Shown here: one piece after another, positions 1 to 13,517 of the stretch
Numbering within the stretch: the first letter of the stretch is position 1
Layout: each line of letters starts with the position of its first letter
From: Selaginella moellendorffii
Lineage: Eukaryota > Plantae > Lycopodiophyta
Reading direction: 5' to 3'
Length of the DNA stretch: 64,000 nucleotides
Assembly: GCF_000143415.4 (NCBI RefSeq)
Contig: NW_003314310.1
Coordinates: forward strand, 552,611-616,610
Program-made: the position numbers and the translations under genes
Notes under the pieces: generated by a model
Databases searched by the model: none
What the model was told of the DNA's origin: nothing
Seen by the model: the letters and a program-made list of their open reading frames with translations, nothing else

Positions 1-2545
1 AAAGGGAAGATAGTATGGACAGCAGAATGTGAGGTGGCATTTATCCACCTCAAAGGGAAGTGAGGGAAGATTCTGTATTTGGTGTTATCAGACTTTAATA
101 AGGACTTCAGACTTTGCATTAAGTGCAGTTTTGAAGCAAAATAACCATCCAGTGGCATTCTTCTTGAAGAAATTGGACAAAGCTCAGCAAAAGTGGCCTG
201 CCCATGAGAAAGAATTATTTGTAGTGGTCAAGACGCTCAAGGAGTGGCGACACTACACAGGGAGGCACTTCAAAGTTTACATGAATAATGTGACAACGAA
301 ACACTTCTTATCACAGCTTGACCTAAAAGGAAAACAAGGGCAGTGGGCTAATGCTTTGGCCGAGTTCGATTGTATAAACCTGGGAAGAACAACATCGTGG
401 TAGATGGTCTAAGTCAAAATGCAAGCATGAAGTTGGCAATATCTAGTGCGACAACAACCTTTTGGGATTATGCACAGATAACATATGAAAATGATAGTCT
501 AGCATAAGAAGTGTTGTTAAGGAACCAAGAGGCATGAAATGCTCACCAAAAAGGTGAGTTGCCAACGGAAGAGAAAATAAGTTATGCAAAACGCAATGGA
601 CTCATCTATTATAAACAAACAAGAGTGTATAGTGAACTAAGGAAGGTAGCCTTAGAAGAGTGTCATGATGGACCTCTTGCAAGACATGGCAGAGTGCCCA
701 AGACGATAGACTTACTCAAGAGGAAATATCATTGGCTAAACATGGCTAAGGACATGCAATATTATGTAAAGACATGTCCAACATATTAATAGGTCAAAGC
801 CGTGACTAAGGCTAATGGGGGTTTGTTACAAAGCCTCCCAATTTCAGATCATCCATGGAAATGTCTTACGATGGACTTTATCACGAGACTCCTCCAAGTG
901 AGGGGTTTGATGAGATATTTGTGGTGGTGGACCGGTTTTCGAAGATGGCACATTTCATACCCACCACAATGGAAGTGGATGCGAAAGGTGTAGTGAAGCT
1001 GTTCTCTGAACAAGTGGTTCGAGTGCGGGGAAGGCCAGAATAGATCATCTTAGTTCAAGATAAAATTTTCACCATCAAATTCTGGAGAACTCTCCTAGAA
1101 TAGTATCGCACCAAATTGAAATTTAGCACAGCCTATCACTCACAGACAAGTATTGGGTATTAAGTCAAGTTTGATAGCATTAACACTTTTTAATAGATGG
1201 ACAAATAGAAAAGGTAAATAGGTAGATGAAGGATTATTTGTGATGCTATGTCTCTAGAGACTAAACTGATTGGGTAAGCTATTTAGGACTTGCGGAAATG
1301 TGCTATAACAACTCACCACATTCGAATATTAGGGTAAGTCTATGGGAAGTCATCAATGGGTGAGTTATCGAAGGTCCTATAGAACTTGGTGTGGCTAAGT
1401 ATCATGGAGAGCTACCTGCAGTAGAGGCATTTACAGTGGGAAGACTTAACATTTGGAATCTAATAAGGGATTCCTTGGAACAAGCTCAACAAAGACAAAT
1501 TAAATACACGAACCAAAAGCACCGAGATGTAGAGTTCTAACCTGGGGATAAGGTGTGGCTGAACACCAAAAACCTAAGGTTACCAAGTGGGATTAATCAG
1601 AAGTTGACCCAAAGGTAAAATGCATGTATTCTTGGAAATGAATTAATCTTGAGTTCCTTAAGCAGGTTCGTAAGGCCTTATAAAATTGAGGCTCAAATTG
1701 GTAAGGTGGCTTATTGCCTCCAACTTTCTTAGGAGATGGGGCACCCTATGTTCCATGTGAACTTACTCAAGCCGTACTTTGAGAATTTGCTTCACAAGGA
1801 CCAAGTAAAACCTCTACCTTAGGTTATCTAAAGAGAAGAGGAATACAAAATCAAGGCCATCCTCAATACGCATAAGAGCAAGTAACAAGAATGTGAGGTG
1901 AGAGAGTTCCATGTGAAGTGGAAAAGATTTCCACATTGCAAAGTAATGTGGGAATCGAAGAAAAACTTAGCAAATGCGTGAGATTTAGTGGAGGAATTTT
2001 TGCAAGGTAAAACTCTATGTACTTATACAAAATTCAATTAAAGAATCTATATGAGAAATTGAGCAATGTCGTATGTTAGGACCCGAAGGCATGCTGAAGG
2101 TAAACTAATTAGCATGGGTAAGCTAAGTCGACCAGGTGCAGGGAATTACACCTGACTCTTCACAGGGATGTCGAATCCATAGACGTATTCTATGGAGGTT
2201 GGGTTCGAGTCCCAACCTTTTAATAAAGCAAGGTTAGGTTCAAGTCCCAACCCCATACTAGGGCGTGGTGAGGTAAGGGGTATAGGGACACCTATACTCC
2301 ATTGTCATGAGCTCTTGGTTGGGGAGGCTAACTTAGGCACACCACTAAGTGGGGGGATGCTTCTGGAGACATAGTCAACAAGTCATAAGATTAAAAAGAG
2401 ATGTTTGATGTGGGCATCAAACTTCTTCTATTAGTGGTGGAGTTGTAAGGAACCAACTCCCTAAGGTGTCGAAGGCTAAAGGATCCCTTAAAATACAACC
2501 AAAATGACAAAGAGTTTATCGGATGTAGAGCTATAGATCATGACA
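1..2545 (+). mobile_element. 3' part of a degenerate Ty3/gypsy chromovirus (RNase H, integrase, chromodomain, 3' UTR, PPT, truncated 3' LTR from 2444)
   Basis: ORF pieces carry RNase H (PVAFFLKKLDKAQQKWPAHEKEL) and integrase ([30 protein letters not shown]) motifs. A chromodomain-like stretch EEEYKIKAIL...FHVKWKRFP...WE lies at ~1835-1980. The PPT TAGTGGTGGAGT is followed by TG at 2444. Many stops and frameshifts. Confidence 0.9.
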
Positions 2546-2668
2546 TTCTAAGCTTAGCCATGTATTATTAAATGTTTTTCGCCATATGATTATATACATA
2601 AAGCTATCATAAATAATAATAAAAAAATTGTTTTATTAGAAAACATTATTTGAAATAATATTTATTAT

Positions 2669-2851
2669 TATGAGGTCCAAGTGTACAACTATGATGCCAT
2701 ATACTAATATTAATAGCCATACACTAAGATTAGTGTGGTGGGATTTTGATAACCATCGGATTGGTTTCAATCTGGTCTGTATATAAGTTAGGGTTTTGGG
2801 TTAATGGATGTGCACATTTTTGTATTCATTTCCATATTCCATGCACTCACA
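2669..2851 (+). repeat. Solo LTR of the short-LTR gypsy family (family D)
   Basis: Matches the LTRs at 37199-37374 and 51835-52010, ends in CACA, and is flanked by TTAT on both sides. Confidence 0.8.
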
Positions 2852-2924
2852 TTATAGCTAAATTATTATAGTTTTTTTGTATTTATAATTTTAAATATCT
2901 TTGGTGATTTTATTAAACAAGTAT

Positions 2925-3221
2925 AGCTACAATACTATTTTGATATGAATTAGTTTCAATCTGGACCACTCGCTCCTGTATATAAGCTAGGGTTTTTTGG
3001 GCTAATTGAGTATGCATATTTTTAAATTTCACTTAAATTTCATGCAATCATATTGGTGGAGGTGAGATGTAATTCTAATTGTCTTTGAAAAGTGTCCTTT
3101 TTTTTGAAATCTAGTTTTTGATCTAAAGCTCTCTTTCTTATAGCTTTTCATTTTTAATTTTTTGTTTTTATTCATCTTCATGGTAAAATAGTATACTCTT
3201 CCTTTGACTCTAGAGCAATAA
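2925..3221 (+). mobile_element. Family D 5' remnant (partial LTR, PBS, leader, gag start), interrupted at 3222
   Basis: LTR 3' half, then a TGGTGGAGGT PBS and a degenerate copy of the MADQQSPPLTLEQQ gag start seen at 37611. Confidence 0.75.
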
Positions 3222-6200
3222 TGGCGCGAATGTGACTTCAGGTATCAAAAGTTACCTATCTGCTGTCCTTACTTACATATTCTTTTCTTACTGCCAGAAC
3301 AACAGGAGGTTGGTATTGCTAGTTCCCATTATCAGCTCCTCTTGTTCAAGTGTTAGTAAACTAGATTAGAACCTGTATTGAGCCAGATGGACATAAGGTA
3401 CGAACTCTTATATGTTTCTAGCTAATCATACTTGGCCTGGCTCTTAGTTTTCTTTTTCTCTGTCTTGCACTGGCTTGACATGAACCCTCGTGTATTGAGA
3501 CTAGTCCCTCAATATTGCTGGATGATATTACTGTGTCTGCCAAACACCTTTACTAACATGCCCTTTGTGTTAGTCTCATTTTAGTCCTAAATGCTATTTA
3601 TGGAAAGTGTCTAGATTCACTCATTTGGCATATCTATGGAATGTAGAGTTTGTCCTAAACACAATGGTGTTCATCCCATGTCTAAATTCACAATCTAGGG
3701 ACATTCTATATTTAATAAGTTTCGAGTTTGTCCTAGAGACTAACTCTTGGTACTAAAGGAAGCTTAAAGTGAAAGCCAAAAGTGTGTGTTCCTCAAGAAG
3801 GGGGGATATGGGGGGTTTCAATAGTAGGGATAGTGGATAGGTCAGGTATGGCCGACCAACCTAAGGCATAGTCTAGCTCTTGCTTGCGTGCTTATCCTTA
3901 TTCTGCATCCAGCTTAGGTCTAAGCCCAAGTTCCACACCATGCTAGCTGGTGGAGTACCTATATCCTCACGTTAGGCCACTGGTATGCTGAAATAGTGCC
4001 AAACTCTATTTGGCTATGTTTTGTATGCTGGTCCTGGCATTAGGATGTTAGATGCTCTAGGATTATTCCAAATCGTCTCATGCTTCTGTCCCTTTGCTCT
4101 TTGGGTTATATGCTTAGGAGTCACTCTATGCTCTGGTTCTTTTGCTCCTTAGCTTCAAGCTTAGGAGTTTGGCTTCGTATTTTTGTTCAATGGCCCAAGG
4201 CCCTGAAACTCAAGTTTTGCACCGCTGTATTTGGACACGTGGCATGTGGCATGTGGCATATAACACGTGGCATATAGAGGGTTTAGGTTCTGCTTCTTGG
4301 TGTTATCCTATGGTAAATTACCATAGTAAAAACCATGTGCACTACAGTTGGTATCAGAGGGTGAGTCTCAGCGAATACTATCCAATGAGATTGGGCAATT
4401 AATCTTGTTGCATACACAAAGATGAAAATGATGATCTGAGTGGGTACACGTTTGGGTGCAAAGGCTTCGCAATCGTTCCTTAGGTATGGAATTGGTTACC
4501 TTTTTGTACCATATTATGTGAGCTTGCTCTTGGGCTCATAAGATGGATTGAGATGCTCCATTTGTACGAGTTTGCGCTTGGGCTTGTAAGTGAGGCATAT
4601 TAGCAACTTGAGTTACGATCAATGTTAACCTATTAGTGGTTCCATGAGTTGTTCCATGTACCGTGGGTGAAAGTAAACCTCTCTTAGGTTTGCTATGAGT
4701 GGCAAATAGGCTGGTCTGTAGCTAGTTAGCACAGCACTAGTAGATCCTTCCTAGGCATGATTATAAGTGGATTAATCAAGAGTATAGGGATTAGTCTATT
4801 GGTTCAAGTAGTTATTGCTATGCTCTCTCATAAATTTTTTCTTGGATTGGACTGAAGGCAGTGCGAATGCAAGCTTGAGGTTTAGTCAAAGATAAGACCG
4901 AAAAGAGAGTTGTCAGAGATGAAGGATCAAACACGTAAATCATCTTCTCTTTATAGAGAGATGATTTGCAATGAGGTATTAACTCATTGCTCGTGTTCAC
5001 ATTATGCAATCAAGAGCCCCTATTTTGATGCATATTGGTCTTACAAATGGTGAGTTGTAGGATGGATAACGGTGAAACGCTATACCATTTTGTCTAGGCT
5101 TGCTATTGAAGACTTGGGTTGCAATGCTTAATTCTTTTCTAAGGAACCTTGCTATTGCTCCTTGAAGTAGCTTGGTGTTAAATTAGTTTTGAGTTTGGTT
5201 GGAAAGAGAGTGGCATGAGCTTGTTTGTGTTGTAAATAAAAATTATTGGTGTTGGGTGTTATAAATCTCTATTGGTGGCATGTGGCATTTATGCTGCATT
5301 TTATTGAATACAGTTGGCACTTGATATTTACATAAGCCTTTGAAGTAATAACATTAACTTTGCTCGTGGTGTTATTTGATTGATGATCAAAACATTGTGA
5401 TTTTTATATCATATCTATGTGATAATAAGTAATATGTTTATGAAGTTGTTTCAGTAAACGATGATCAACCCCAAAGTGGTTGATAGTGAAGTTAGTCTAC
5501 TTGCATATAGTAGCATTGTAATAGATTTAACTAGATTCTCAATGGTGATCCATTATACTAAGTTTAAGTTAGTACCTTGTTTCCTCGAGAGTTTGCCCAT
5601 TAGGTGTTAAAAAGGGTTATAGCATTCATTTTGTTATTATTGGTTTATCTGTTAACACTTGGAGTAGATTGTTGGATGGAGAAGATGTCTAGTTGACGCA
5701 TTGACATCACTAGCACTTGTGTTAGTGGAAATGACATTTTTATTTCGAGTGATGAGGAATTTTCTTTAGAGTTTGATTTTCCATGTCATTTTTCTTGTTA
5801 GTGTTTTGGCTTCACATTAGATCTTGAAGGTGGTTGAAGAAGAGTGTTAGTGCAATGTTTGAAGATGTGGTTTTTATGATCAAGCCTTGGATGTTTATTT
5901 TGCAATTTACGGATGTCGATATTGGATTTGGAAATATGGGCATGATGTTAAAGGTTTAAGCATATTATGGGTCTTGAAAATTTGTGTTGAGATAAACCTT
6001 TGTGAAGTTGTTGGTAGGAGGAAGTTGGTTGAGTCTTGAAAGTTTGCATTTCTAGACTAAGAGTCATTCTTTCTCTAGGACGGGAAAATTTCCACAAAGT
6101 TTTTTAGACTTTTCCAATGGTTGATTTGTTGATCACTTGCCCGAAAACCATTCCATTTTCGTAAGTTAATACAAAATAGTGAAAGGTTGGAGTTGACTTT

Positions 6201-6272
6201 GGTTAGCTTAGATCTTAGTAGGTAGTTTATATGATGCGGCCCGAAAGGGATGCTGACTTTTGGGGCTAAGAC
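3222..6272 (+). mobile_element. LTR element A (family A/B/F): 5' LTR 3222-4346, PBS and truncated non-coding interior
   Basis: TG...CA LTR homologous to 6469-7467 and 20065-21203. PBS TGGTATCAGAG (tRNA-iMet) at 4349. The interior aligns with 7468-9310. Confidence 0.85.
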
Positions 6273-9200
6273 AATTGTTGTTATGATGGCAATAAAAAAA
6301 GAATATCCGAAAAGACTCACTGACAAGTAACTTTTGATACCCATAATCACATTCACAACATTGTAAAATCTTGATATCTTTTGGTGACTGATGCCAAATA
6401 AGAACCTTGATTGAATAAGCAACCCCAATTGGAATAGGATGATATGTTGTAATCTTGGCCTTAAATAATGTTGCAAATGTGACTTTGACTATCGAAAGTT
6501 ACCTATCGGCTAGTCCTTTCGGATATTCTTTCCTTACTGCCATGACGGCAGGAGGTCAGTATTGTTGGATCCTTTATTAATCTTCGTCTAAGCTAGTTGA
6601 GAAATTGGTCTTCACGTGTGCACTTGACCAGATGAGCATAAGGATGGAATTCCTAAATGCTATTAATCAAGCATACTTGACCTGGTTAGAGAAACTCATT
6701 TGTTGCCTTACACTTGCTAGTGTTGGGAACCCCCATAATATTGAGTTTGGTCCTTCAATATTTGCAAGATGATAGCTTACTATGTTTGCCAAACACCCTC
6801 GCTATCATGCCCTTTGTGTTATAAATGCTATTCATGGAAAGTGTCCAGATTTGCTCATTTGCCATATCTACGGAATGTAGAGATTGTCTTGAATACAATG
6901 GTGTTCATCCTATATCCAAATTCGCAATCTAGGGACATTCCATATTTAGTACGTTTCGAGCTTGTCCTAGAGACTACCTTCTAATACTAAGGGAGGCTTG
7001 GGGGGGGGGCATCCTTGTTCTGCGTTCGGCTTGGGTTTAAGCCCAAGTTCCACACCATGCTAGTTGGTGGAGTACCCATGTCCTTGCGTTATGCCACTGA
7101 ATAGCAGACTTCGTTTGGCTCTGTTTTGTGTGTTGGTCTTGGCATTGGGATGTTGGTTGCTCTAGGACTATTCTAAGTTGCTCTGGGCTCCTGTCCCTAC
7201 GTTCCTTGGGCTATACACTTAGGAGTCATTTCGTGCTCCAGTGCTATTGCTCCTTGGCTCCATGCTTGGGGGTTTGGTACCGTTCCTTCATTCAGTGGCC
7301 CAAGGCCTTGAAATTCGGGTTCCATACCACTGTCCTTTGGACACGTGGCATGTGGCATGTGGCATGTGGCATGTGACACGTGGCACATGAAGGGTTTAGG
7401 CTCTGCTTCCGTGATTATTCTATAGTAAATCACCATAGGATAAAGGGTAAAAACCACGTGCGCTACATTTGGTATCAAAGCGTGAGTCTCGGTGAGTACT
7501 ATCCAATGAGATTGGGCAACTAGTCTCGTTGCATATGCAGAGATGAAAATAATGATCCGAGTGGGTATACATTTAGGTGCAAAAGACTTCGCAATCGCAA
7601 TCGATGGATGTGAGATGTTCCGTTTGCATGATTTTGCGCTTGGGCTCATAAGTGAGGCACATTAGCAACTCGAGGTTACGCTTTGAGTTGGCAGGATTAA
7701 TGTTAACCTATCGTTGGTTCCATGAGTTGTTCTATGTACCATGGGTGAAAGTAAACCTTCTCTAGGTTTGCTATGAGTGGCAAATAGGTTAATCCATAGT
7801 TGTTTAGTATGGCACTAGTGGATCCTTCCTAAGCATGATTATAAGTGGATCAATCAAGACTATAGGGATTAGTCTATTGATTCAAGTGGTCATTGCCATG
7901 CTCTCTCATAAACTTTTCTTAGATTGGACTGAAGGCAGTGTGAACGTAAGCTTGAGGTTTAGTCAAAGATAAGACCGAAAAGAGAGTTGCCAGAGATGAA
8001 GGATCAAACACGTAAATCATCTTCTCTTCATGGAGAGATGATTTGCAACGAGGTGTAACTCATTGCTCGTGTTCACGTTATACAATCAAGAGTCCCTATC
8101 TTGATGCATATTGGTTATAGTGGTGTTACAAATGGTGAGTTGTGGGATGGATAGCGGTGAAGTGTTGTCTAGGCTTGCTATTGGAAGACTTGGGTTGCAA
8201 TGCTGAATTTTTTTCTAGGACCTTGCTATTGCTCTTTGAGTAGCTTGGTGTTGGATTAGTTTTGAGTTTGGTCAAAAAGAGAGTGGCATGAGCTTGTCCG
8301 TGTTGTGAAGAAAAATTAGTGGTATTGGGTGTTATAAATCTCTATCAGTGAGGTGTAGCATTTATGTTACATTTTGTTGAATTGAGTTGGCACTTGATAT
8401 TCACATAAACCTTTGAAGTAATGACATAGGCATTACTCATGGTGTTACTCAATTGATGATCAAGTTTTTGTGATTATTATATCATATTTATGTGATAGTG
8501 AGTAATGTGTTTATGAAGTTGCTTGGTTAAACAATGATCAACCCCAAAGTGGTTGATAGTGCAACTAGTTTATTTACATATAGTAGTATTGTATTAGCTT
8601 TGACTAAATTCTTGATGGTGGTCCATTATACTAAACTTAAGTTGGTTACTTATTTTTTTGAGGGATTGCCCATTGAAGTGTTGGAAAGGGTTATAGCATT
8701 CACTTGCTATGGCTTATCAATTGATTTGTTAACACTTGGAGTAAATTATTAAAGGTGTGTAATTGAGGCATTGACATTGCTAGCACTTGTGTTAGTAGAT
8801 TTCAAGTGATGAGGAATTTTCCTTAGAGCTTGATTTTCCATATTATTTTTCTTGTTAGTGTTTGGGCTTCATATTGGATCTTGAAAGTGATTGAAGAAGA
8901 GTGTTAGTGCAATGTGGATATCTGAAGATATGGTCTTCGTGATCAAGTCTTGGATGTTGGAAAAATGGGCAAGTTGAAAAATGTGCAAGGCTTAAATATA
9001 TTATGGGGTCTTGAAAATTTGTATTGAGGTGAACCTACGTGAAGCTGTTAGTAAGAAGAAGTTGATTGAGTCTTGAAAGTTTGCATTTCTGGACTGAGAG
9101 TCATTCTTTCACTAGGATGGAAAATTTTCCACAAATTTTCTTAGACTTTTCCAATGGTTGACCTATTGATCACTTTGCTCGAAAACCATTCTGTTTTTGT

Positions 9201-12200
9201 AAACCAATACAAACTAGTGAAAGGGTTAAAGTTGACTTCAATTAGTTTAGACCTTGGTAAGTAGTTTGTATGATGCGACCCGAAAGGGATGTTGACTTTT
9301 GAGGCTAAAGTAATTGAGTTGGATAGAGTCTAGAGTTGGTGTAGAAAAGTGGCTATTGCGTTTTTTTAGAAAGATGACCCTTGTGCCTTTCTTTTGTAGT
9401 ATTATGCTTGGTGGTAGGTTGCACCTTGCATTTCACTAAACTCTATGAGAGTAGTAAACTCTCATTGATCTTGACTTGGTCTTGGTGGCCCTGCACCTTG
9501 CCTGAGGATGGTGAAGTCCAACTTAGTTGTTTGAGGTTGAGATGTTGATATCTATACTATAGCTTTGTCTATAAAGAGGTTGTGTACCGTTATGAGCCAA
9601 TCTCATGGTCTTCACTTTAGTTTCGATTGAGTGTTGATAATGTATAGCTAACCTGTTCAAGGCATGCTCAGAGCTATTAGCTAGAGGTGTTGGTGAGTTT
9701 ATTGCGGTTGAGTTCGATTCGAGTAGTCATTTAGTTCGTGCTTATCCATGAACCTTTATCTCGTGTTTGGGGTATTATGTTCATGTTAGACAAGTATATG
9801 ACTCGATAACGTGAGTTTAGTGTTTGGGTCTTGTGAAAGCAAGTTGAAAAGTGATTGTTGATTGCTTTTCAACTAATGATTGCTTGTAGATTTTGTCAAG
9901 GACTATTGACACTTGCTTCACTCGATAATAATTTAGCAGTGATAGACTTGCTTTATTAAATGGTATTGCGGAGGATCGTGTCGTTAAACTTACATGGTTT
10001 TTTTATGTTGGCATGTCGACTCTACTTCTGTCGATATCATTTGGTTGCATTTAGTTTGTAGTGTTGAATTTCATTGAGTTTTGGACGTGGTGAATCACTC
10101 CTTAATGAAGTGTTATCACTAACTGAGTAATGTTGGAGGATTGGTCTCGGATACTGAGTAAGGCATCTTCAACTTTGGTTAGCTTAGTTACTAGGGAGTT
10201 TCAAGTGGTGATTCACTCTTGCTTTCTTCTAGCCTTGTTCTGGTGTTGATGGCATTGAAGTAATATTTTATTGTTAACATTGTTGATGTTGAGATTTGAG
10301 TGAAATGAGATGTTTCTCTATAGGATTAATATTGAGTTTCATTAGTCTTGACATAAATAGTGTTGATGATTTGGTTGTAGCTTAGTGTTATTGGCATTTG
10401 TGCATTTGTTAGTTAGCAACTATGTTGGCGTTCAAACGAGTAGAGTGGCAAGTTTGAGTTAGTTGCATTTTAGACGGAATTGCTTAGTAAAGGTTGAAGT
10501 TTAGTTTTTTTTCTTTGAAAAGTGATTTAGTCATAGACTATATTAACTTTACAAAAGGAAGAGTTAGTGATCGATATTGACGTGATTAAATCCTTGTTGG
10601 ATTTGAGTTGGGATATATCGATCATTAATAATTATTCTTGTGCTTGTTATGATGTGAGTTACGTGTTACTATAGATGGATTTATGGAAGATTGTTTAATG
10701 ATCACTAATCGAGCATAGCTTCGTTATGCTTAGCTTTTAGATTGATGCAGATATGCTCTTTATTAGCTTTGGCATTATGAAGTTTAGCTTATGAATGTGT
10801 TGAGGAGAATATTGTGGGTTGTACCATGATTTCTTCTTTAGCATTGAAATTAGTTCATGCAAGACTCGTGATCATTGTTAGGAAAGACTTGGCCATTCCG
10901 CATGGTCTTGAAATGGTTGAGGAAGCACGACTTACCCGAGCTCATCGGCCCCAACACCATAATTATCCTAAACTTCTTCAAGCTTTTTATTCCTTGAGTT
11001 TTCATGTTTGTGGTTCATTTGTTAGAAGTTGTTGGGGAAGGCATTTTGACTCATACCTTCGTTGTTGAAGTTAGTATTTGCATCCAGCAATCATTGGTGA
11101 TGATTGACTATCATCTAGACTAGTTGATTATCCTCATCAAAAAGTTTTGCTTGATTACTGTTGATACAGAATGATCCGTTATTCTTTGAAATGGTGGAGT
11201 CCTTCTTTAATGATGATTTTGTATATCTCTTTTTGATGGGATGATTGATGATCTTTCATGATAGTTAGTTGTTCTTTTTGATGGTTTATGGCTTTTTGCA
11301 ATACCACATGTTCTATGTGGTTTGCCTTGGATTGATATCTTGGGTTTGAGATATCGGTAGGATGTTGTTAATGCTTGCTTAAAAAACTCTAGTTCCTTCG
11401 TATTGTTGACTAGGATTTAGTCAGATTAGTTGGTGTGATAATTGGCATGAATGGGTATTTGTTGGTTTTGCCGCATTCATTCTGTTCTATTGATTATTGC
11501 TTGAATTTGTTCTAGTAGTTTGGGATGTTATTTCCTTCGGGTGATACATTTGCGAGCATTTTCCTTTCCAGTCGATGATACTTTGTGTTCTTTGAGTTAT
11601 CTTTCGTAAATTGTTTGGCACTCTGTCTGCAATCTTTGATAGTTATGTTTTGTCATTAGGTGTCCTTGATGATACACTAGCTATTGAATTTTGTTAGACG
11701 ATGAATCCTATGTTTCCAAAAATATGATGATCTTGGTGGTTCCTATACTCTAATACTGGTTTATCGGATGATAACATACTTGGAATACTTTCGTGTTCTA
11801 ATCTAAGAATTATTCACTGATAATTCTGACTCTAAGATATCATTGTCTAATGACTTTGATATTGTTCATCTATTGATCTTTGAGTTTGGGCCAATATAGG
11901 CAGACTGGCTTTGGCACTTCGTATGCATGGTGAAATCTTTAATCATGGGGTAGCTACTGTCGACGGGTTGTAAGCGACTAAATTTTCCATTCTACTTTAG
12001 TCACTTAACCACACCTCTGACCACTTGGAGGAGTCTCATTCACAACCTCCATAAGTCCAATCCAGGACTTGGGACTTGCTAGCCCCGAGAATGGCATCCA
12101 TGCCACTCAACATTTGCACTTGGTCCAAGTGCTCCACATGTCCGTTCCCATGACCGACACTCAAAGGTACCACCGACATAGCAGCCCATTACGCTAAGGC

Positions 12201-12968
12201 CATGCCCAATCACCTTTGCCACATTGGTAGTCCAATACCACTTGCATCACCGTCTTGGCTCTCCAAGACTAGGCAAACCATCCGTGAGTGGTCATCTCAG
12301 ATCCACTCCTTAGCATCCTTAGGATGCCCACCGACAAGGGGAATAACCTTCCCCAATATCCCTCTGTCAGTCCCCACCAAGTCCCTTTCTGCCCCTGGCC
12401 GTGTTTGCCAACACTGCCATTGGATCGAGACCCACAGGCCCGACCACTAAGTCCCACGGTCCTCTGGGACTTCCTCACCACACGACTGTGTCCTTGGTCA
12501 CTACCCCAGAGGACTGCTCCTCTTCCTTTCCACAGTCTGGGCCTTTGGGACAACATTTCGGAACACCGTGGCCTTACGCGAGCCACCTGGGTACTCTCCT
12601 CGCCTTCTGCCCTTGGGTGCTCTAGCCATGGGCTTAGAGCGGGTTCCGTTGAGCCACACCAGGTATCCAAGTAGGTAGTGCCACCCACACTTGGACTGGG
12701 AGCATCGGCCAGTCGATCTCCCGGGGGAACTAGAGCCGGCTCTTGAACACTTCACCAAGCTACCCCACTTGTCGGTCCGTGTTCACTCTAGTCTTGGACT
12801 TCCCAGTGGGCAGCTCATCACCCAACACTGGGTCCGGCCTTCCTGGGCCAAACTGGCCTTTCCTGGCCAAACTGGCTCCACTACAGTCCTCCCCCTACTA
12901 TACTTTTGGAGCTCACCAAACCCCCCAGGGTCTGGGAGACGAACGCTTTGGGCTTTCACCCTCTCAGG

Positions 12969-13517
12969 CTCCGGACTCGGACTCGGACTCGGACTCGGAC
13001 TCGGACTCGGGCTCGGGCTCGGTCTCGGCCTCGGCCTCGGTCTCGGTCTCGGTCCCGATCTCGGTCTCGGTCTCGGCTTCGGACTCCATCTCGGACTCCA
13101 TCTCGGACTCCATCTCGGACTCCATCTCGGACTCCAGCTTGGACTCCATCTCGGGTCCATCTCGGGTCCATCTCGGACTCCATCTCGGACTCCATCTCGG
13201 GTCCATCTCGGACTCCATCTCGGACTCCATTTCGGGTCCATCTCGGGTCCACCTCGGACTCCATCTCGGACTCCATCTCGGACTCCATCTCGGACTCCAT
13301 CTCGGGTCCATCTCGAACTCCACTTCGGACTCCAACTCGGGTCCATCTCGGGTCCACCTTGGACTCCACTTCGGACTCCATCTCGGACTCCATCTCGGGT
13401 CCATCTCGGACTCCACTTCGGACTCCAACTCGGGCCCATCTCGGACTCCACTTCGGACTCCAACTCGGGTCCATCTCGGACTCCACTTCGGACTCCAACT
13501 CGAGTCCATCTCGGACA
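12969..13517. repeat. 6/12-bp tandem array (CTCGGA, CTCCATCTCGGA variants) inside the 3' LTR of C
   Basis: Directly visible. It produces low-complexity ORFs in all six frames. Confidence 0.95.

Noticed and set aside
12969-13517. CRISPR-like array
   Set aside because: Contiguous short units with no unique spacers, no cas genes, and a eukaryotic context.
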